42,309 bases of DNA from an uncultured Lachnospiraceae bacterium (GCA_902803505.1 CADCQE010000235.1:1-42309); one strand, 5' to 3'; positions 25,020-35,141 are shown, counted from the first letter of the stretch. The notes: generated by a model from the letters alone, not told the origin. Numbers and translations are program-made.

Positions 25020-27401
25020 ATGATTCAGCAGGGATTACAACAAGGAGTCATGAGTGAGCAGATGATCGAAAACAGAACGTCGAATCCGATGCCGGCGCCC
25101 CAGAGCGTGGGCCTTGCTTTTGATGCCCGCAGAATCCTTCACAAGCGGGAGGATCTGTTGGAGACACCGGCGGACTTCACTTCGCCGGAGGATCTCTATC
25201 AGGAGCTGGAGAAGCGGGTGCTGCGCTATCACCCGTCAGATGACTTGACGCTGATCGAGAAAGCTTACCGCAAGGCGGCCTTGGCACATAGGGACCAGAA
25301 GCGCAAATCCGGTGAGCCCTATATCATCCATCCCCTGTGTGTCGGAATCATCCTGGCCGATCTGGAGATGGACAAGGAGACCATCTGTGCCGGCGTACTG
25401 CACGATGTTGTGGAGGACACGGATGCTACCGTAGAGGAGATCCGGCGGGAATTCGGAGACGACGTGGGTCTCCTCGTGGACGGCGTCACCAAGCTGGGCC
25501 AGGTGGATTACAAGGTGGAGAAGGTGGAGATCCAGGCCGAGAACCTGCGCAAGATGTTCCTCGCGATGGCGAAGGACATCCGCGTGATCATCATCAAGTT
25601 GGCCGACCGGCTCCACAACATGCGCACCCTGGAATACATGCGGAGAGAGAAGCAGCTGGAGAAGGCCTCCGAGACGATGGACATCTATGCGCCGATCGCA
25701 CAGAGGCTCGGCATCTCCCGCATCAAGACAGAGCTGGACGACCTGGCCCTGAAATACTGGAAGCCCAGCGTGTATCAGGAGCTGGTCAAGGATGTGAGCG
25801 CCAAGAAGATGCAGCGCGAGGATTTTATCGAGGTCATTGTGGATGAAGTCCGCAGGAATATCGAGAGCGCAGGCATCAAAGCAGAGATCTCCGGCCGCGT
25901 TAAGCACTATTTCTCCATTTATAAGAAGATGGTGAATCAGGACAAGACCCTGGACCAGATCTATGATCTCTTTGCAATCCGGATCATTGTGGGATCCGTG
26001 GGGGACTGCTATGCATCCCTCGGCATCATCCATGAGATGTACAAGCCGATCCCGGGGCGCTTCAAGGATTACATCGCGATGCCCAAGCCGAATATGTACC
26101 AGTCTCTTCACACAACGGTGATTGGCAGGGACGGCACTCCTTTTGAGATCCAGATCCGCACCTACGAGATGCACAGAGTTGCTGAGTACGGTATCGCGGC
26201 CCATTGGAAGTACAAGGAGACCTCCGGCGGACGCCAGGTCAGCGGCAATCAGGAAGAGGAGAAGCTGACCTGGCTTCGGCAGATCCTGGAGTGGCAGCAG
26301 GATTCCTCGGATAATAAGGAATTCATGTCCCTGCTCAAGTCTGACCTGGATCTCTTCTCCGAGAGCGTGTATTGCTTCTCCCCCCAGGGCGATGTTAAGA
26401 CTCTGCCCAATGGATCCTGCACCATAGACTTTGCCTACAGCGTTCACTCTGCCGTGGGGAATAAGATGATCGGGGCGCGGGTCAACGGGAAGCTTGTTCC
26501 TGTGGATTACCGCCTTAAGAACGGCGACCGCGTAGAGATCATCACTTCCCAGAATTCCAAGGGACCGAGCCGGGACTGGCTCAAGATCGTTAAGAGCACT
26601 CAGGCGAAGAACAAGATCAACCAGTGGTTCCGCAAGGAGCTTAAGGAAGACAATATCGAGCACGGCAAGGAGCTGGTGATCCAGTATGCAAAGGCCAAGG
26701 GGTATCACATCAGTGATCTTGCCACTCCTGTCTATCAGGAGGGCGTGCTTCGCAAGTACGGCTTCCGGGACTGGGATTCCGTACTGGCTGCGGTCGGCCA
26801 CGGCGGCCTCAAGGAAGGCCAGGTGGTCAACAAGCTGATTGACCAGTACGAGAAAGAGAATAAGAAGAATCTCACCGACGAAGACGTCATCAGTGCGTCT
26901 GAGAGCCGGGAACACATCCACATCGAAAGGAAGAATTCCCGCGGCGGTATTATTGTCAAGGGGCTCTCCGACGTCGCAGTGCATTTTGCAAAATGCTGCA
27001 GCCCCATCCCCGGGGACGAGATTGTGGGATATGTGACCCGCGGGCGCGGCGTCACGGTACATCGGACAGATTGTGTCAACATCCTGAACATGTCGGAGCT
27101 GGACCGCGACCGCCTGATCGAAGCGGAGTGGGAGGTGCCCGAGGATGAGAAGCTGGCGAAGACCTACGCCGCGGAGATCCATATCTATGCGGACAACCGG
27201 ACCGGGCTCCTTGTGGATGTATCCCGGGTCTTTTCCGAGCGGCATATCGATATCGGCCAGATGAATGTCCGCACCAACAAGCAGGGAACTGCCACGATGG
27301 AGCTCAGTTTTGAGGTTCACTCCGTCTCAGAGCTCAATATTCTGATTGCACAGATCCGGCGGATTCCGAATGTAGTGGATATAGAAAGAAAGACGGGATG
27401 A
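25020..27401 (+). CDS. relA: Bifunctional (p)ppGpp synthetase/hydrolase (long RSH); start may be at 25050 or 25062
   Basis: QKRKSGEPYIIHP, LHDVVED, KLADRLHNMRTL, GRVKHYFSIYKKM, RFKDYIAMPKPNMYQSLHTT, EIQIRT, TGS, CC and ACT domains. Confidence 0.96.
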   Translation: MIQQGLQQGVMSEQMIENRTSNPMPAPQSVGLAFDARRILHKREDLLETPADFTSPEDLYQELEKRVLRYHPSDDLTLIEKAYRKAALAHRDQKRKSGEPYIIHPLCVGIILADLEMDKETICAGVLHDVVEDTDATVEEIRREFGDDVGLLVDGVTKLGQVDYKVEKVEIQAENLRKMFLAMAKDIRVIIIKLADRLHNMRTLEYMRREKQLEKASETMDIYAPIAQRLGISRIKTELDDLALKYWKPSVYQELVKDVSAKKMQREDFIEVIVDEVRRNIESAGIKAEISGRVKHYFSIYKKMVNQDKTLDQIYDLFAIRIIVGSVGDCYASLGIIHEMYKPIPGRFKDYIAMPKPNMYQSLHTTVIGRDGTPFEIQIRTYEMHRVAEYGIAAHWKYKETSGGRQVSGNQEEEKLTWLRQILEWQQDSSDNKEFMSLLKSDLDLFSESVYCFSPQGDVKTLPNGSCTIDFAYSVHSAVGNKMIGARVNGKLVPVDYRLKNGDRVEIITSQNSKGPSRDWLKIVKSTQAKNKINQWFRKELKEDNIEHGKELVIQYAKAKGYHISDLATPVYQEGVLRKYGFRDWDSVLAAVGHGGLKEGQVVNKLIDQYEKENKKNLTDEDVISASESREHIHIERKNSRGGIIVKGLSDVAVHFAKCCSPIPGDEIVGYVTRGRGVTVHRTDCVNILNMSELDRDRLIEAEWEVPEDEKLAKTYAAEIHIYADNRTGLLVDVSRVFSERHIDIGQMNVRTNKQGTATMELSFEVHSVSELNILIAQIRRIPNVVDIERKTG

Positions 27402-27404
27402 GAT

Positions 27405-28034
27405 ATGTCAGAAACATTATGGATTGGAAAGCTGGTCGTCGGGGAGGTTGAGACGAATTGCTATCTCCTGAAACATGATGAAGGAGGGAACGAGGCGGTT
27501 CTCATTGATCCGGGCGACGAGGCGGAGAGGATTCTTGCCGCACTTAAGAAGCAGGGAGCGGAATTGAAGGCGATCTTCATTACGCATGGGCACTATGACC
27601 ACACGGGAGCAGTGCTGCCGATAAAGAATGCGTTTCCCTCTGCGGCTCTGTATGCTCTCGAAGCGGAGAAAGAACTGATTGAAAACCCCTCGCTCAATGC
27701 GAGCTTTCTCGAGGGTGCTGCGATTTCCCCGGATGTTTACCTGAAAGACGGCGAAGTGCTGGAGCTCATCGGGAAGAAGATCCGCGTGATCGCATCTCCG
27801 GGACACACAGCGGGAAGTATGTGCCTCTATCTAGAGGAGGACGGCGTGCTTTTTGCCGGTGATACGATCTTCTTCAGCGGCTACGGGCGCACAGACCTGC
27901 CGACGGGGGACGCGGATAAGATGTATCATTCTCTTGAGATGCTGCTGACCGGACTGCCGGAGGAGACCAAGGTGTACCCGGGACACGGCCCGGCCACCAC
28001 GATCGGGCGCGAGCGGAGCATAGAGGGCTTTTAG
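27405..28034 (+). CDS. MBL-fold metallo-hydrolase (glyoxalase II-like)
   Basis: THGHYDHTG, SPGHTAGS, FAGDTIF, GRTDLP, YPGHG. Confidence 0.92.
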   Translation: MSETLWIGKLVVGEVETNCYLLKHDEGGNEAVLIDPGDEAERILAALKKQGAELKAIFITHGHYDHTGAVLPIKNAFPSAALYALEAEKELIENPSLNASFLEGAAISPDVYLKDGEVLELIGKKIRVIASPGHTAGSMCLYLEEDGVLFAGDTIFFSGYGRTDLPTGDADKMYHSLEMLLTGLPEETKVYPGHGPATTIGRERSIEGF

Positions 28035-28036
28035 AA

Positions 28037-29461
28037 GTGAACATCGGAATTCGCCTGAATCAGGATGATTTCTTTTATGATCTCCATTCCCTTGTAAAGA
28101 GTTTTTTTCCGGACGACGACGTCAGCATCTACACGGATGATGACGCGGGGAAGGCTGTGCTTCCGCGGGATCTTGAGATCTTAGTGGAGGTGCCCGCTTA
28201 CCTGCCGGATGAGCGGAAGGCGGTAAAGGATGGCCTGAAGAGAGAGCTCTACAGGCTGCTTGGGGACTACACGGGAAAGGAGCTCCCCTGGGGTATGCTC
28301 TCCGGTATCCGGCCCACCCGCATTCCCATGAAGCTTCTTGCGGAAGGGAGCACGGAGGAGGTCTGCGTGCGCCATCTGATGGAGGAGGCTTTTGTCTCGG
28401 AGAAGAAAGCGCATCTCGCCGTAGAGATCGCTTCCAGAGAGCGAAGGATACTGGAGCACGTGCCTCTTGGCAGGAAGGAGTACAGCCTTTACGTGCATGT
28501 GCCTTTCTGCCCGTCCATCTGCCTCTACTGCACCTTTTCTTCAAGTCCCATCGGGCTGTGGAAGAAGAAGGCGGACGCATATCTGGATGCGCTGATCCTC
28601 GAGATGGAGCGGCGGTACGCCGGAATGCTTCAGGAGGGCAGAAGCCCGGGGCCGGTGAGTGTGTACATCGGAGGCGGGACGCCCACCTCCCTGTCCGTGG
28701 AGCAGCTCGAGCGCCTCCTTGCGGCGATCGGACGGATCTGGGATCTTGGCAGCACGCTCGAGTACACGGTGGAGGCGGGGCGCCCGGATTCCTTTTCGGA
28801 AGAGAAGCTGATGGTCCTGCGAAGACACGGAGTGAACCGGATCTCCGTCAATCCCCAGACCATGAATGATGAGACCCTGCGCATCATCGGAAGGCAGCAC
28901 AGCGCCGAGGACACTCTGCGGGCCTACGAGATGGCGAGGCGTGCGGGCTTTGAGAATATCAATATGGATATGATCCTCGGCCTTCCGGGTGAGGGTGCGG
29001 AGGAGGTTAGGAGAACATTGGCGGTCATTGAGGCCCTGGCGCCGGATTCACTCACCGTACACTCCCTTGCCGTGAAGCGCGCCTCCCGCCTGAAGCAGAA
29101 TATCCTCGAAGACAGGGAACAGGACGAGGGCGCAGACAGGGGCGTGTTCCGGGGTTATTCCCTTGAGAATTCTCCGGAGATGATGGACCTGGCTGAGGAG
29201 GCTGCCCGGCGCATGGGCATGGCGCCGTATTATCTGTATCGTCAGAAGAATATGAGGGGGAACCTTGAGAACACCGGTTTTGCAAGACCGGGAAGGGAGT
29301 GCCTCTATAACATTCTCATTATGGAGGAGCTGCAGTCGATTGCGGCCTTCGGTGCAGCGGCCTCTACGAAGGAAGTGTACGAGGACGGGCGGATCGAGCG
29401 GAGCATCGCCGCGAAGGATGTGAACCTGTATATACAGCGCATTCATAACTCATTCGATTGA
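28037..29461 (+). CDS. hemZ: HemZ-type radical SAM protein (coproporphyrinogen dehydrogenase-like)
   Basis: PWGMLSGIRPT, YVHVPFCPSICLYCTF, YIGGGTPT, TVEAGRPDS, RISVNPQT, PYYLYRQKNM; conserved position between the MBL gene and hisS. Confidence 0.9.
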   Translation: MNIGIRLNQDDFFYDLHSLVKSFFPDDDVSIYTDDDAGKAVLPRDLEILVEVPAYLPDERKAVKDGLKRELYRLLGDYTGKELPWGMLSGIRPTRIPMKLLAEGSTEEVCVRHLMEEAFVSEKKAHLAVEIASRERRILEHVPLGRKEYSLYVHVPFCPSICLYCTFSSSPIGLWKKKADAYLDALILEMERRYAGMLQEGRSPGPVSVYIGGGTPTSLSVEQLERLLAAIGRIWDLGSTLEYTVEAGRPDSFSEEKLMVLRRHGVNRISVNPQTMNDETLRIIGRQHSAEDTLRAYEMARRAGFENINMDMILGLPGEGAEEVRRTLAVIEALAPDSLTVHSLAVKRASRLKQNILEDREQDEGADRGVFRGYSLENSPEMMDLAEEAARRMGMAPYYLYRQKNMRGNLENTGFARPGRECLYNILIMEELQSIAAFGAAASTKEVYEDGRIERSIAAKDVNLYIQRIHNSFD

Positions 29462-29464
29462 CGG

Positions 29465-30121
29465 GTGCTTGTAATGGGCAGTATCGTTGACTATAATTTA
29501 ACAGAAGAATTGGAGCACGGGATCTATGTGAGCAGTCTCGTCCGGGAACTCGGGCGGGAGCTTTTGCTGGACGAGCAGGTGGTCTACCAGCTGCAGGTCG
29601 CCGGGATGCTTCATGATATCGGAAAGCTGAGGCTGACAAACTACCTCTACGGGAATGAGGAGATTGTGAGCCCGCTTGTGGTTGAGGAGATGAAATACGT
29701 GCGGATGCATCCGATGCTCTCGTATGAGATTCTGAGGGACCGCGGCTACAGCAGCCTGATCCTGGAGTCCGTGCGCTATCATCATGAGGACTGCGACGGA
29801 ACAGGCTTTCCTTCGAATCTCGTCGGGGACGAGATTCCGCTGGGAGCACGGATCATCCGTGTCTGTGACGTGTTCGCTGCCCTGACCAGCGACCGCCCGT
29901 ACCGCAAGCGCTTTGACATCTCGGAAGCGATAAGCCTTATGATTGACGAGATCACTCATTTTGACATGAAGATCTTTCTTGCGTTCGAGCGTGTGGTGCA
30001 CCGGGCCGGGACAAGCTATCACATTCAGCTGGCGGAGAACGATGCGGAGCTTCTGGAGAAATATTCCATTGACGGGCAGTTTTATGAAGCGGTGAAGGAA
30101 CACTGCGCAAGAATCGGCTGA
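29465..30121 (+). CDS. Stand-alone HD-GYP domain protein (start GTG 29465 or ATG 29474)
   Basis: LHDIGK, RMHP, YHHE, GTGFP (GYP variant), GARIIRVCDVF, DRPYR. Confidence 0.88.
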   Translation: MLVMGSIVDYNLTEELEHGIYVSSLVRELGRELLLDEQVVYQLQVAGMLHDIGKLRLTNYLYGNEEIVSPLVVEEMKYVRMHPMLSYEILRDRGYSSLILESVRYHHEDCDGTGFPSNLVGDEIPLGARIIRVCDVFAALTSDRPYRKRFDISEAISLMIDEITHFDMKIFLAFERVVHRAGTSYHIQLAENDAELLEKYSIDGQFYEAVKEHCARIG

Positions 30122-30175
30122 CACATTGGCCTTCTGGTCTCAATGGTGTTGCAGCATGGAAGGGAAGGAAGAAGT

Positions 30176-31399
30176 ATGGCACTGATTAAGAAGCCGGTCA
30201 CCGGCATGAAAGACATTCTCCCGGAGGAGATGGCAATCCGGAATTACTGCATCCGCGTGATCCGCGAGACTTATGCAAAGTTCGGTTTCTCATCTATTGA
30301 GACCCCGGCTGTGGAGCATATCGAGAATTTGCTCTCCAAGCAGGGAGGCGAGAATGAGAAGCTGATTTTCAAGATCTTGAAGAGAGGGGAGAAGCTGAAG
30401 CTGCAGGAAGCGGAGAAGGAAGAGGACCTCACGGACAGCGGCCTCCGCTACGACCTGACGCTCCCTCTGTGCCGCTACTATTCCGCGCATGCGGAGGAAC
30501 TGCCCTCGCCTTTCAAGGCCTTGCAGATCGGCAATGTCTTTCGCGCTGACCGTCCCCAGAGGGGTAGATTCCGCCAGTTCACCCAGTGCGATATCGATGT
30601 GCTGGGGGATCCAAGCTGCTTAAGCGAGATCGACCTGATCCTGGCGACGACGACAGTGCTGTCCAGGCTGGATTTCCACAATTTCACGATCCGGATCAAC
30701 GACAGGAGGCTCCTGAAGGAAGCCGCGAAGCGGGCGGGCTTTGAGGAGAAGGACTATGAGAAGGTCTTTATTATCCTGGATAAGATGGATAAGATCGGGA
30801 TGGAAGGTGTCAGAAAGGAATTGCTTGAGAACTACAGTGAGAGCACGGTGAACTCTTATCTCGGGCGCTTCCGCGGGCATGCGGACAGCCTGACGGATGA
30901 GGATATCGCCTTCATGCAGGAGGTGGAGTCCCCGCTTCCGGAGATCATTGCTACTGTGGACGAGGTGAAGACTGCAGATTTCCGCATCGTGTATGATCCG
31001 ACGCTTGTCCGGGGCATGGGCTATTACACCGGCCCGATCTTCGAGATCGCCATGGATGAGTACGGCGGATCAGTGGGCGGCGGCGGAAGGTACGATGAGA
31101 TGATCGGGAAATTCACCGGCCAGCCGACTCCTGCAGTGGGATTCTCAATCGGGTTCGAGCGCATCATCATGCTGCTCCTGGAGAAGGGCTTCCGGGTTCC
31201 GGGAGAGGATAGGAAGCGGGCTGTTCTGATTGACAAGAAGGTGTCGGCTCCAAGACTTGCGGAGATTTTCAGGGAGGCTATGGAGCTGCGGAATCAGGGA
31301 CAGGTGGTTGACATCTCCAGAATGAAGAAAAACAAAAAATTCCAGAAGGGACAGCTCACAGACGCGGGATTCTATGAAATAGACGAATACTTTGAGTAA
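30176..31399 (+). CDS. hisS: Histidine--tRNA ligase
   Basis: PVTGMKDILP, LRYDLTLP, FRADRPQRGRFRQFTQCDID, LVRGMGYYTGPIFE, GGGGRYD, GFSIGFERI; ATG at 30176. Confidence 0.95.
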   Translation: MALIKKPVTGMKDILPEEMAIRNYCIRVIRETYAKFGFSSIETPAVEHIENLLSKQGGENEKLIFKILKRGEKLKLQEAEKEEDLTDSGLRYDLTLPLCRYYSAHAEELPSPFKALQIGNVFRADRPQRGRFRQFTQCDIDVLGDPSCLSEIDLILATTTVLSRLDFHNFTIRINDRRLLKEAAKRAGFEEKDYEKVFIILDKMDKIGMEGVRKELLENYSESTVNSYLGRFRGHADSLTDEDIAFMQEVESPLPEIIATVDEVKTADFRIVYDPTLVRGMGYYTGPIFEIAMDEYGGSVGGGGRYDEMIGKFTGQPTPAVGFSIGFERIIMLLLEKGFRVPGEDRKRAVLIDKKVSAPRLAEIFREAMELRNQGQVVDISRMKKNKKFQKGQLTDAGFYEIDEYFE

Positions 31400-31509
31400 T
31401 ACGAAAACTGCTTAGAATACGTACTACATTTTCGAATATAAACAGACTGCTTTATGAATTTACAATATTTATAAGAGAAGAGAATACAGAAAAAGGAGCG
31501 ACATAGAAT

Positions 31510-33336
31510 ATGGCAGAATCCATGCAAGGCCTGAAGCGCACGGCCAGATGTGCAGAGATTACGGAAGAAATGATCGGCAGGAGCGTGACGCTCATGGGCT
31601 GGGTCGCGAAGTGCAGGAACAAGGGCGGCATCGTCTTTGTGGACCTCCGCGACCGCAGCGGCATCATCCAGATTGTCACGGAGTCTGAGGGGGCCGATGA
31701 CAGGTGGGGATCCCTGAAGTCAGAGTCAGCCATCGCCGTAGTCGGTACTGTGCAGAAGCGGGGCGGCGCCGTGAATCCGAACCTGAAGACAGGGACCATC
31801 GAGGTGGTTCCGACGGAGCTCCGGATCCTGAGTGCTGCGGAGACACCGCCCTTTTTAATCCAGGACGGTATAGACACCAGAGAGGACCTGCGCCTGCGCT
31901 ATCGCTATCTGGATCTGCGGCGGCCTGAGCTTCAGCACCGGATTATGTTCCGCGCCCATGTCGTACAAATGATCCGCGATTTCCTGACCCGCGAGGGCTT
32001 TCTGGATATTGAGACCCCGAACCTCATCGGGAGCACACCGGAAGGCGCGCGGGATTACCTTGTGCCGAGCCGGGTGCACCCGGGTCATTTCTATGCACTG
32101 CCGCAGAGCCCTCAGCTCCTGAAGCAGCTGCTGATGTGTTCCGGCTTCGACCGCTACTACCAGATCGCCAGATGCTACAGGGACGAGGACCTCAGAGCGG
32201 ACCGTCAGCCGGAATTTACCCAGGTGGATATGGAGCTCTCCTTCGTGGATCAGGATGATGTTCTCGATGTCAACACGCGGCTCCTTACCTTCCTGATGGA
32301 GAAGCTGCCGCCGGTCATGCGGGAACTGGAATTTGAAGAAGGGCTGGTTCAGGGCATTGAGAAGGCGGCGAAGGAGCTCTCCGCTCACGGCATTTCCAGA
32401 ATAACCTGGCAGGAGGCCATGGACCGCTATGGCTCGGACAAGCCGGATCTGCGCTTCGGGATGGAGATCGTGGATGTCTCCGACGTGGTGAAGGACTGCG
32501 GCTTTGCCGTCTTTACCGGTGCGCTTGCCTCCGGCGGTATGGTCCGGGGCCTCAACGCGAAGGGACAGGGCGAGATGCCAAGGAAGCGCATCGACAAGCT
32601 GACAGAGACGGCGAAGACCTACGGCGCAAAGGGTCTGGCTTATATCGCATTGAAAGAAGACGGCTCGGTCAAGAGCTCCTTCGCGAAGTTTATGAGCGAG
32701 GAGGAGATGAGTGCGCTGATCGCAGCGATGGACGGCAAGAAGGGCGATCTGCTGCTCTTTGCGGCGGACAAATTCCGCACAGTCTGTGCATCACTTTCTG
32801 CCCTCCGCCTGGAGTTGGGGGAGGAGATGGGCCTCATCGACCACAATGAATTCCATTTTGTCTGGGTTGTGGATTTCCCGCTCCTGGAGTGGTCCGAGGA
32901 AGAAGGCCGCTTTATGGCGATGCACCACCCCTTCACGATGCCATACGAAGAAGATTTCAAACGGATCGACGAGGATCCGGGTTCTGTGCGGGCACAGGCC
33001 TATGATATCGTGCTGAACGGCTGTGAGCTCGGCGGCGGTTCCATCCGTATCCATATGGATGACGTCCAGGAGAAGATGCTTGAGGTTCTGGGCTTCACGC
33101 CGGAGCGGGCCAATGAACAGTTTGGCTTCCTGCTCACGGCATTTAAATACGGAGTGCCGCCTCACGCAGGTCTCGCCTACGGGCTTGACCGCATGATCAT
33201 GCTGCTTACCGGGGCGGATTCCATCCGCGACGTCATCGCATTTCCGAAGGTGAAGGACGCCTCTGACCTCATGATGGGGGCGCCGTCCGCAGTGGATCCG
33301 AAGCAGCTTGAGGAGCTCGCCCTGGCAATAAAGTAA
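31510..33336 (+). CDS. aspS: Aspartate--tRNA ligase
   Basis: FVDLRDRSG, RLRYRYLDLRR, STPEGARDYLVPSR, YALPQSPQ, RDEDLRADRQPEFTQVD, YGSDKPD, PPHAGLAYGLDR, IRDVIAFPK. Confidence 0.97.
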   Translation: MAESMQGLKRTARCAEITEEMIGRSVTLMGWVAKCRNKGGIVFVDLRDRSGIIQIVTESEGADDRWGSLKSESAIAVVGTVQKRGGAVNPNLKTGTIEVVPTELRILSAAETPPFLIQDGIDTREDLRLRYRYLDLRRPELQHRIMFRAHVVQMIRDFLTREGFLDIETPNLIGSTPEGARDYLVPSRVHPGHFYALPQSPQLLKQLLMCSGFDRYYQIARCYRDEDLRADRQPEFTQVDMELSFVDQDDVLDVNTRLLTFLMEKLPPVMRELEFEEGLVQGIEKAAKELSAHGISRITWQEAMDRYGSDKPDLRFGMEIVDVSDVVKDCGFAVFTGALASGGMVRGLNAKGQGEMPRKRIDKLTETAKTYGAKGLAYIALKEDGSVKSSFAKFMSEEEMSALIAAMDGKKGDLLLFAADKFRTVCASLSALRLELGEEMGLIDHNEFHFVWVVDFPLLEWSEEEGRFMAMHHPFTMPYEEDFKRIDEDPGSVRAQAYDIVLNGCELGGGSIRIHMDDVQEKMLEVLGFTPERANEQFGFLLTAFKYGVPPHAGLAYGLDRMIMLLTGADSIRDVIAFPKVKDASDLMMGAPSAVDPKQLEELALAIK

Positions 33337-33371
33337 CGACACATCTCACGACCTATTTTCGCGAGGCATTC

Positions 33372-35141
33372 ATGGAGAACAAGGATTCCGGAAAACAGAA
33401 TAATATTATGCTGGATAAGACTCCGCTTAGAAAGGTTTCTGCATCGACGGAGAGCGGCGAAGCGAGGCCGCGCCCCCGGACGAAGCGGACGCAAGATGCG
33501 GCGCCGCGCCGGAGGCGGAGCAGTGCTTCGGAAGAAGAGCGCAGCACAAGCCGGAGAAGGAGTACGGGAAGGACGAGAAGCTCAGCCCTCTCCGAGCGGG
33601 AGAAGCAGCTCAGAGCCGCACAGCGCAAGGCGAGAAAGAGGAGAGTGCTTCGCCAGAGGCTGATTGTAGCCGGCGCGATTCTTGCCGGCATCATTCTCTG
33701 GTACTGCGTGACCGCCAACAGCTACCGGAGCCGCTTCCTTCCCCACACCTTCATCAATGGCTTTGACGTAGGCAGCAAGTCCGTGGCGGACGCCGAGGAC
33801 CTTCTCAGAAAATCTGTGGAGAACTATACGCTGGAGCTCGCCTTCCGCGGCGGGGGGATCGAGGACCTCACCAGCAAGGATGTGGATCTCACCTACGTCT
33901 CCAGTAATGAAGTAGAGAAGATTCTCGCAGGACAGAACCGGGCCGCGTGGATCGGGAGCTTCTTTGGCGCCCGCAGCAGCTACGCGGTCAGTACGAGCTT
34001 TAAGTTCGACACGGACATGATGCGCAGCTACCTGGAATCCCTGCCGGAATTCCAGGAGGCCAATATCACGAAACCCCGGAACGCGCATATTGTGAGGCTG
34101 AGCAACAACAGCTTCCGCGTGGCCACTGAGGTAGAAGGCAATGAACCCAACGAGAATGCCATCTTCGCGGAGGTGGACAGGGCGATCAATGCCTCAGAGG
34201 CCAGGGTGAACCTGGCTGCCGTCGAGGGAGCATATGTGGAGCCGGCGCTCAGGCAGGATGACGAGGACCTCAATTACACAGTAGAGCGCTTCAACAGCTT
34301 TCTTGATACGACGATCACAATAAAGCGCAAGGATGGGTCTGTCCTGACTTACGGGCGGGATGATTTTGTGGAATGGGTCACATATGATGAGGAGAGTGGA
34401 ACGTGGTCCCTCAGCAAAGAGACGGTCTATACCAAATGCTACAATATCATGCAGGCCATCGCAGAAGAGGACAATGATGCCCACACCACTGTGGCCTATG
34501 ATTCAACAGCAGTGGGGCCTGTCGTGCTTCCCTGTGCGTCGTATGGCTATATAGTCGACGTGGAGAGCGAGACAGACATCATGAATGAAGCGCTTCTCAA
34601 CCGGGAGAGCCGGGAGATTGAGATTGAGAATTCCGTGAAGGAATCCATTGATCCCAAGAACGGGGGTACCTATATCGAAGTGGACGTGACGAACCAGCAC
34701 GTCACCTATTATAAGGACTACAAGGTTTTCTTTGAGACGGACTGCGTGACCGGCAGGGAATCCAATCCGGAGCGCAGGACACCCTCCGGCGTCTATTCTG
34801 TGCTCAATAAGCTTGAGAACCAGGTTCTGGGTTCCCTGACTGCCACGGATCCGGGCCAGCGCTACGAATCCCACGTGGATTACTGGATGCCCTTTTTTGA
34901 GAGCTATGGGATGCATGATGCATCCTGGAGAGAGAATTTCGGCGGCTCCTGGTATCTGGAGTACGGGTCCCACGGCTGCGTCAACCTGCCTCCCGAGGAT
35001 GCGGGGGAGCTCTTCCAGGATGTGGATTACTACACTCCCGTGATCGTTGTCCGGGCCGGCGACAACGCCCCCGACGGCACGCGGCGGGGAGATACCACCT
35101 GGAATCCGCCCGAGGGCGGGCTGTACTACGAAGAAGAGTGA
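33372..35141 (+). CDS. L,D-transpeptidase (YkuD) with Arg/Ser-rich cytoplasmic N-terminus and TM anchor
   Basis: TM LIVAGAILAGIILWYCV; YIEVDVTNQHV, CVTG, RTPSG, YWMPF, GMHDASWR...GSHGCVNL. Confidence 0.92.
   Translation: MENKDSGKQNNIMLDKTPLRKVSASTESGEARPRPRTKRTQDAAPRRRRSSASEEERSTSRRRSTGRTRSSALSEREKQLRAAQRKARKRRVLRQRLIVAGAILAGIILWYCVTANSYRSRFLPHTFINGFDVGSKSVADAEDLLRKSVENYTLELAFRGGGIEDLTSKDVDLTYVSSNEVEKILAGQNRAAWIGSFFGARSSYAVSTSFKFDTDMMRSYLESLPEFQEANITKPRNAHIVRLSNNSFRVATEVEGNEPNENAIFAEVDRAINASEARVNLAAVEGAYVEPALRQDDEDLNYTVERFNSFLDTTITIKRKDGSVLTYGRDDFVEWVTYDEESGTWSLSKETVYTKCYNIMQAIAEEDNDAHTTVAYDSTAVGPVVLPCASYGYIVDVESETDIMNEALLNRESREIEIENSVKESIDPKNGGTYIEVDVTNQHVTYYKDYKVFFETDCVTGRESNPERRTPSGVYSVLNKLENQVLGSLTATDPGQRYESHVDYWMPFFESYGMHDASWRENFGGSWYLEYGSHGCVNLPPEDAGELFQDVDYYTPVIVVRAGDNAPDGTRRGDTTWNPPEGGLYYEEE

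Noticed and set aside
30122-31509. T-box leaders upstream of hisS and aspS
   Set aside because: The intergenic gaps are only about 55 and 110 nt and lack the AAnnnGGGTGGnACC T-box motif and a terminator.
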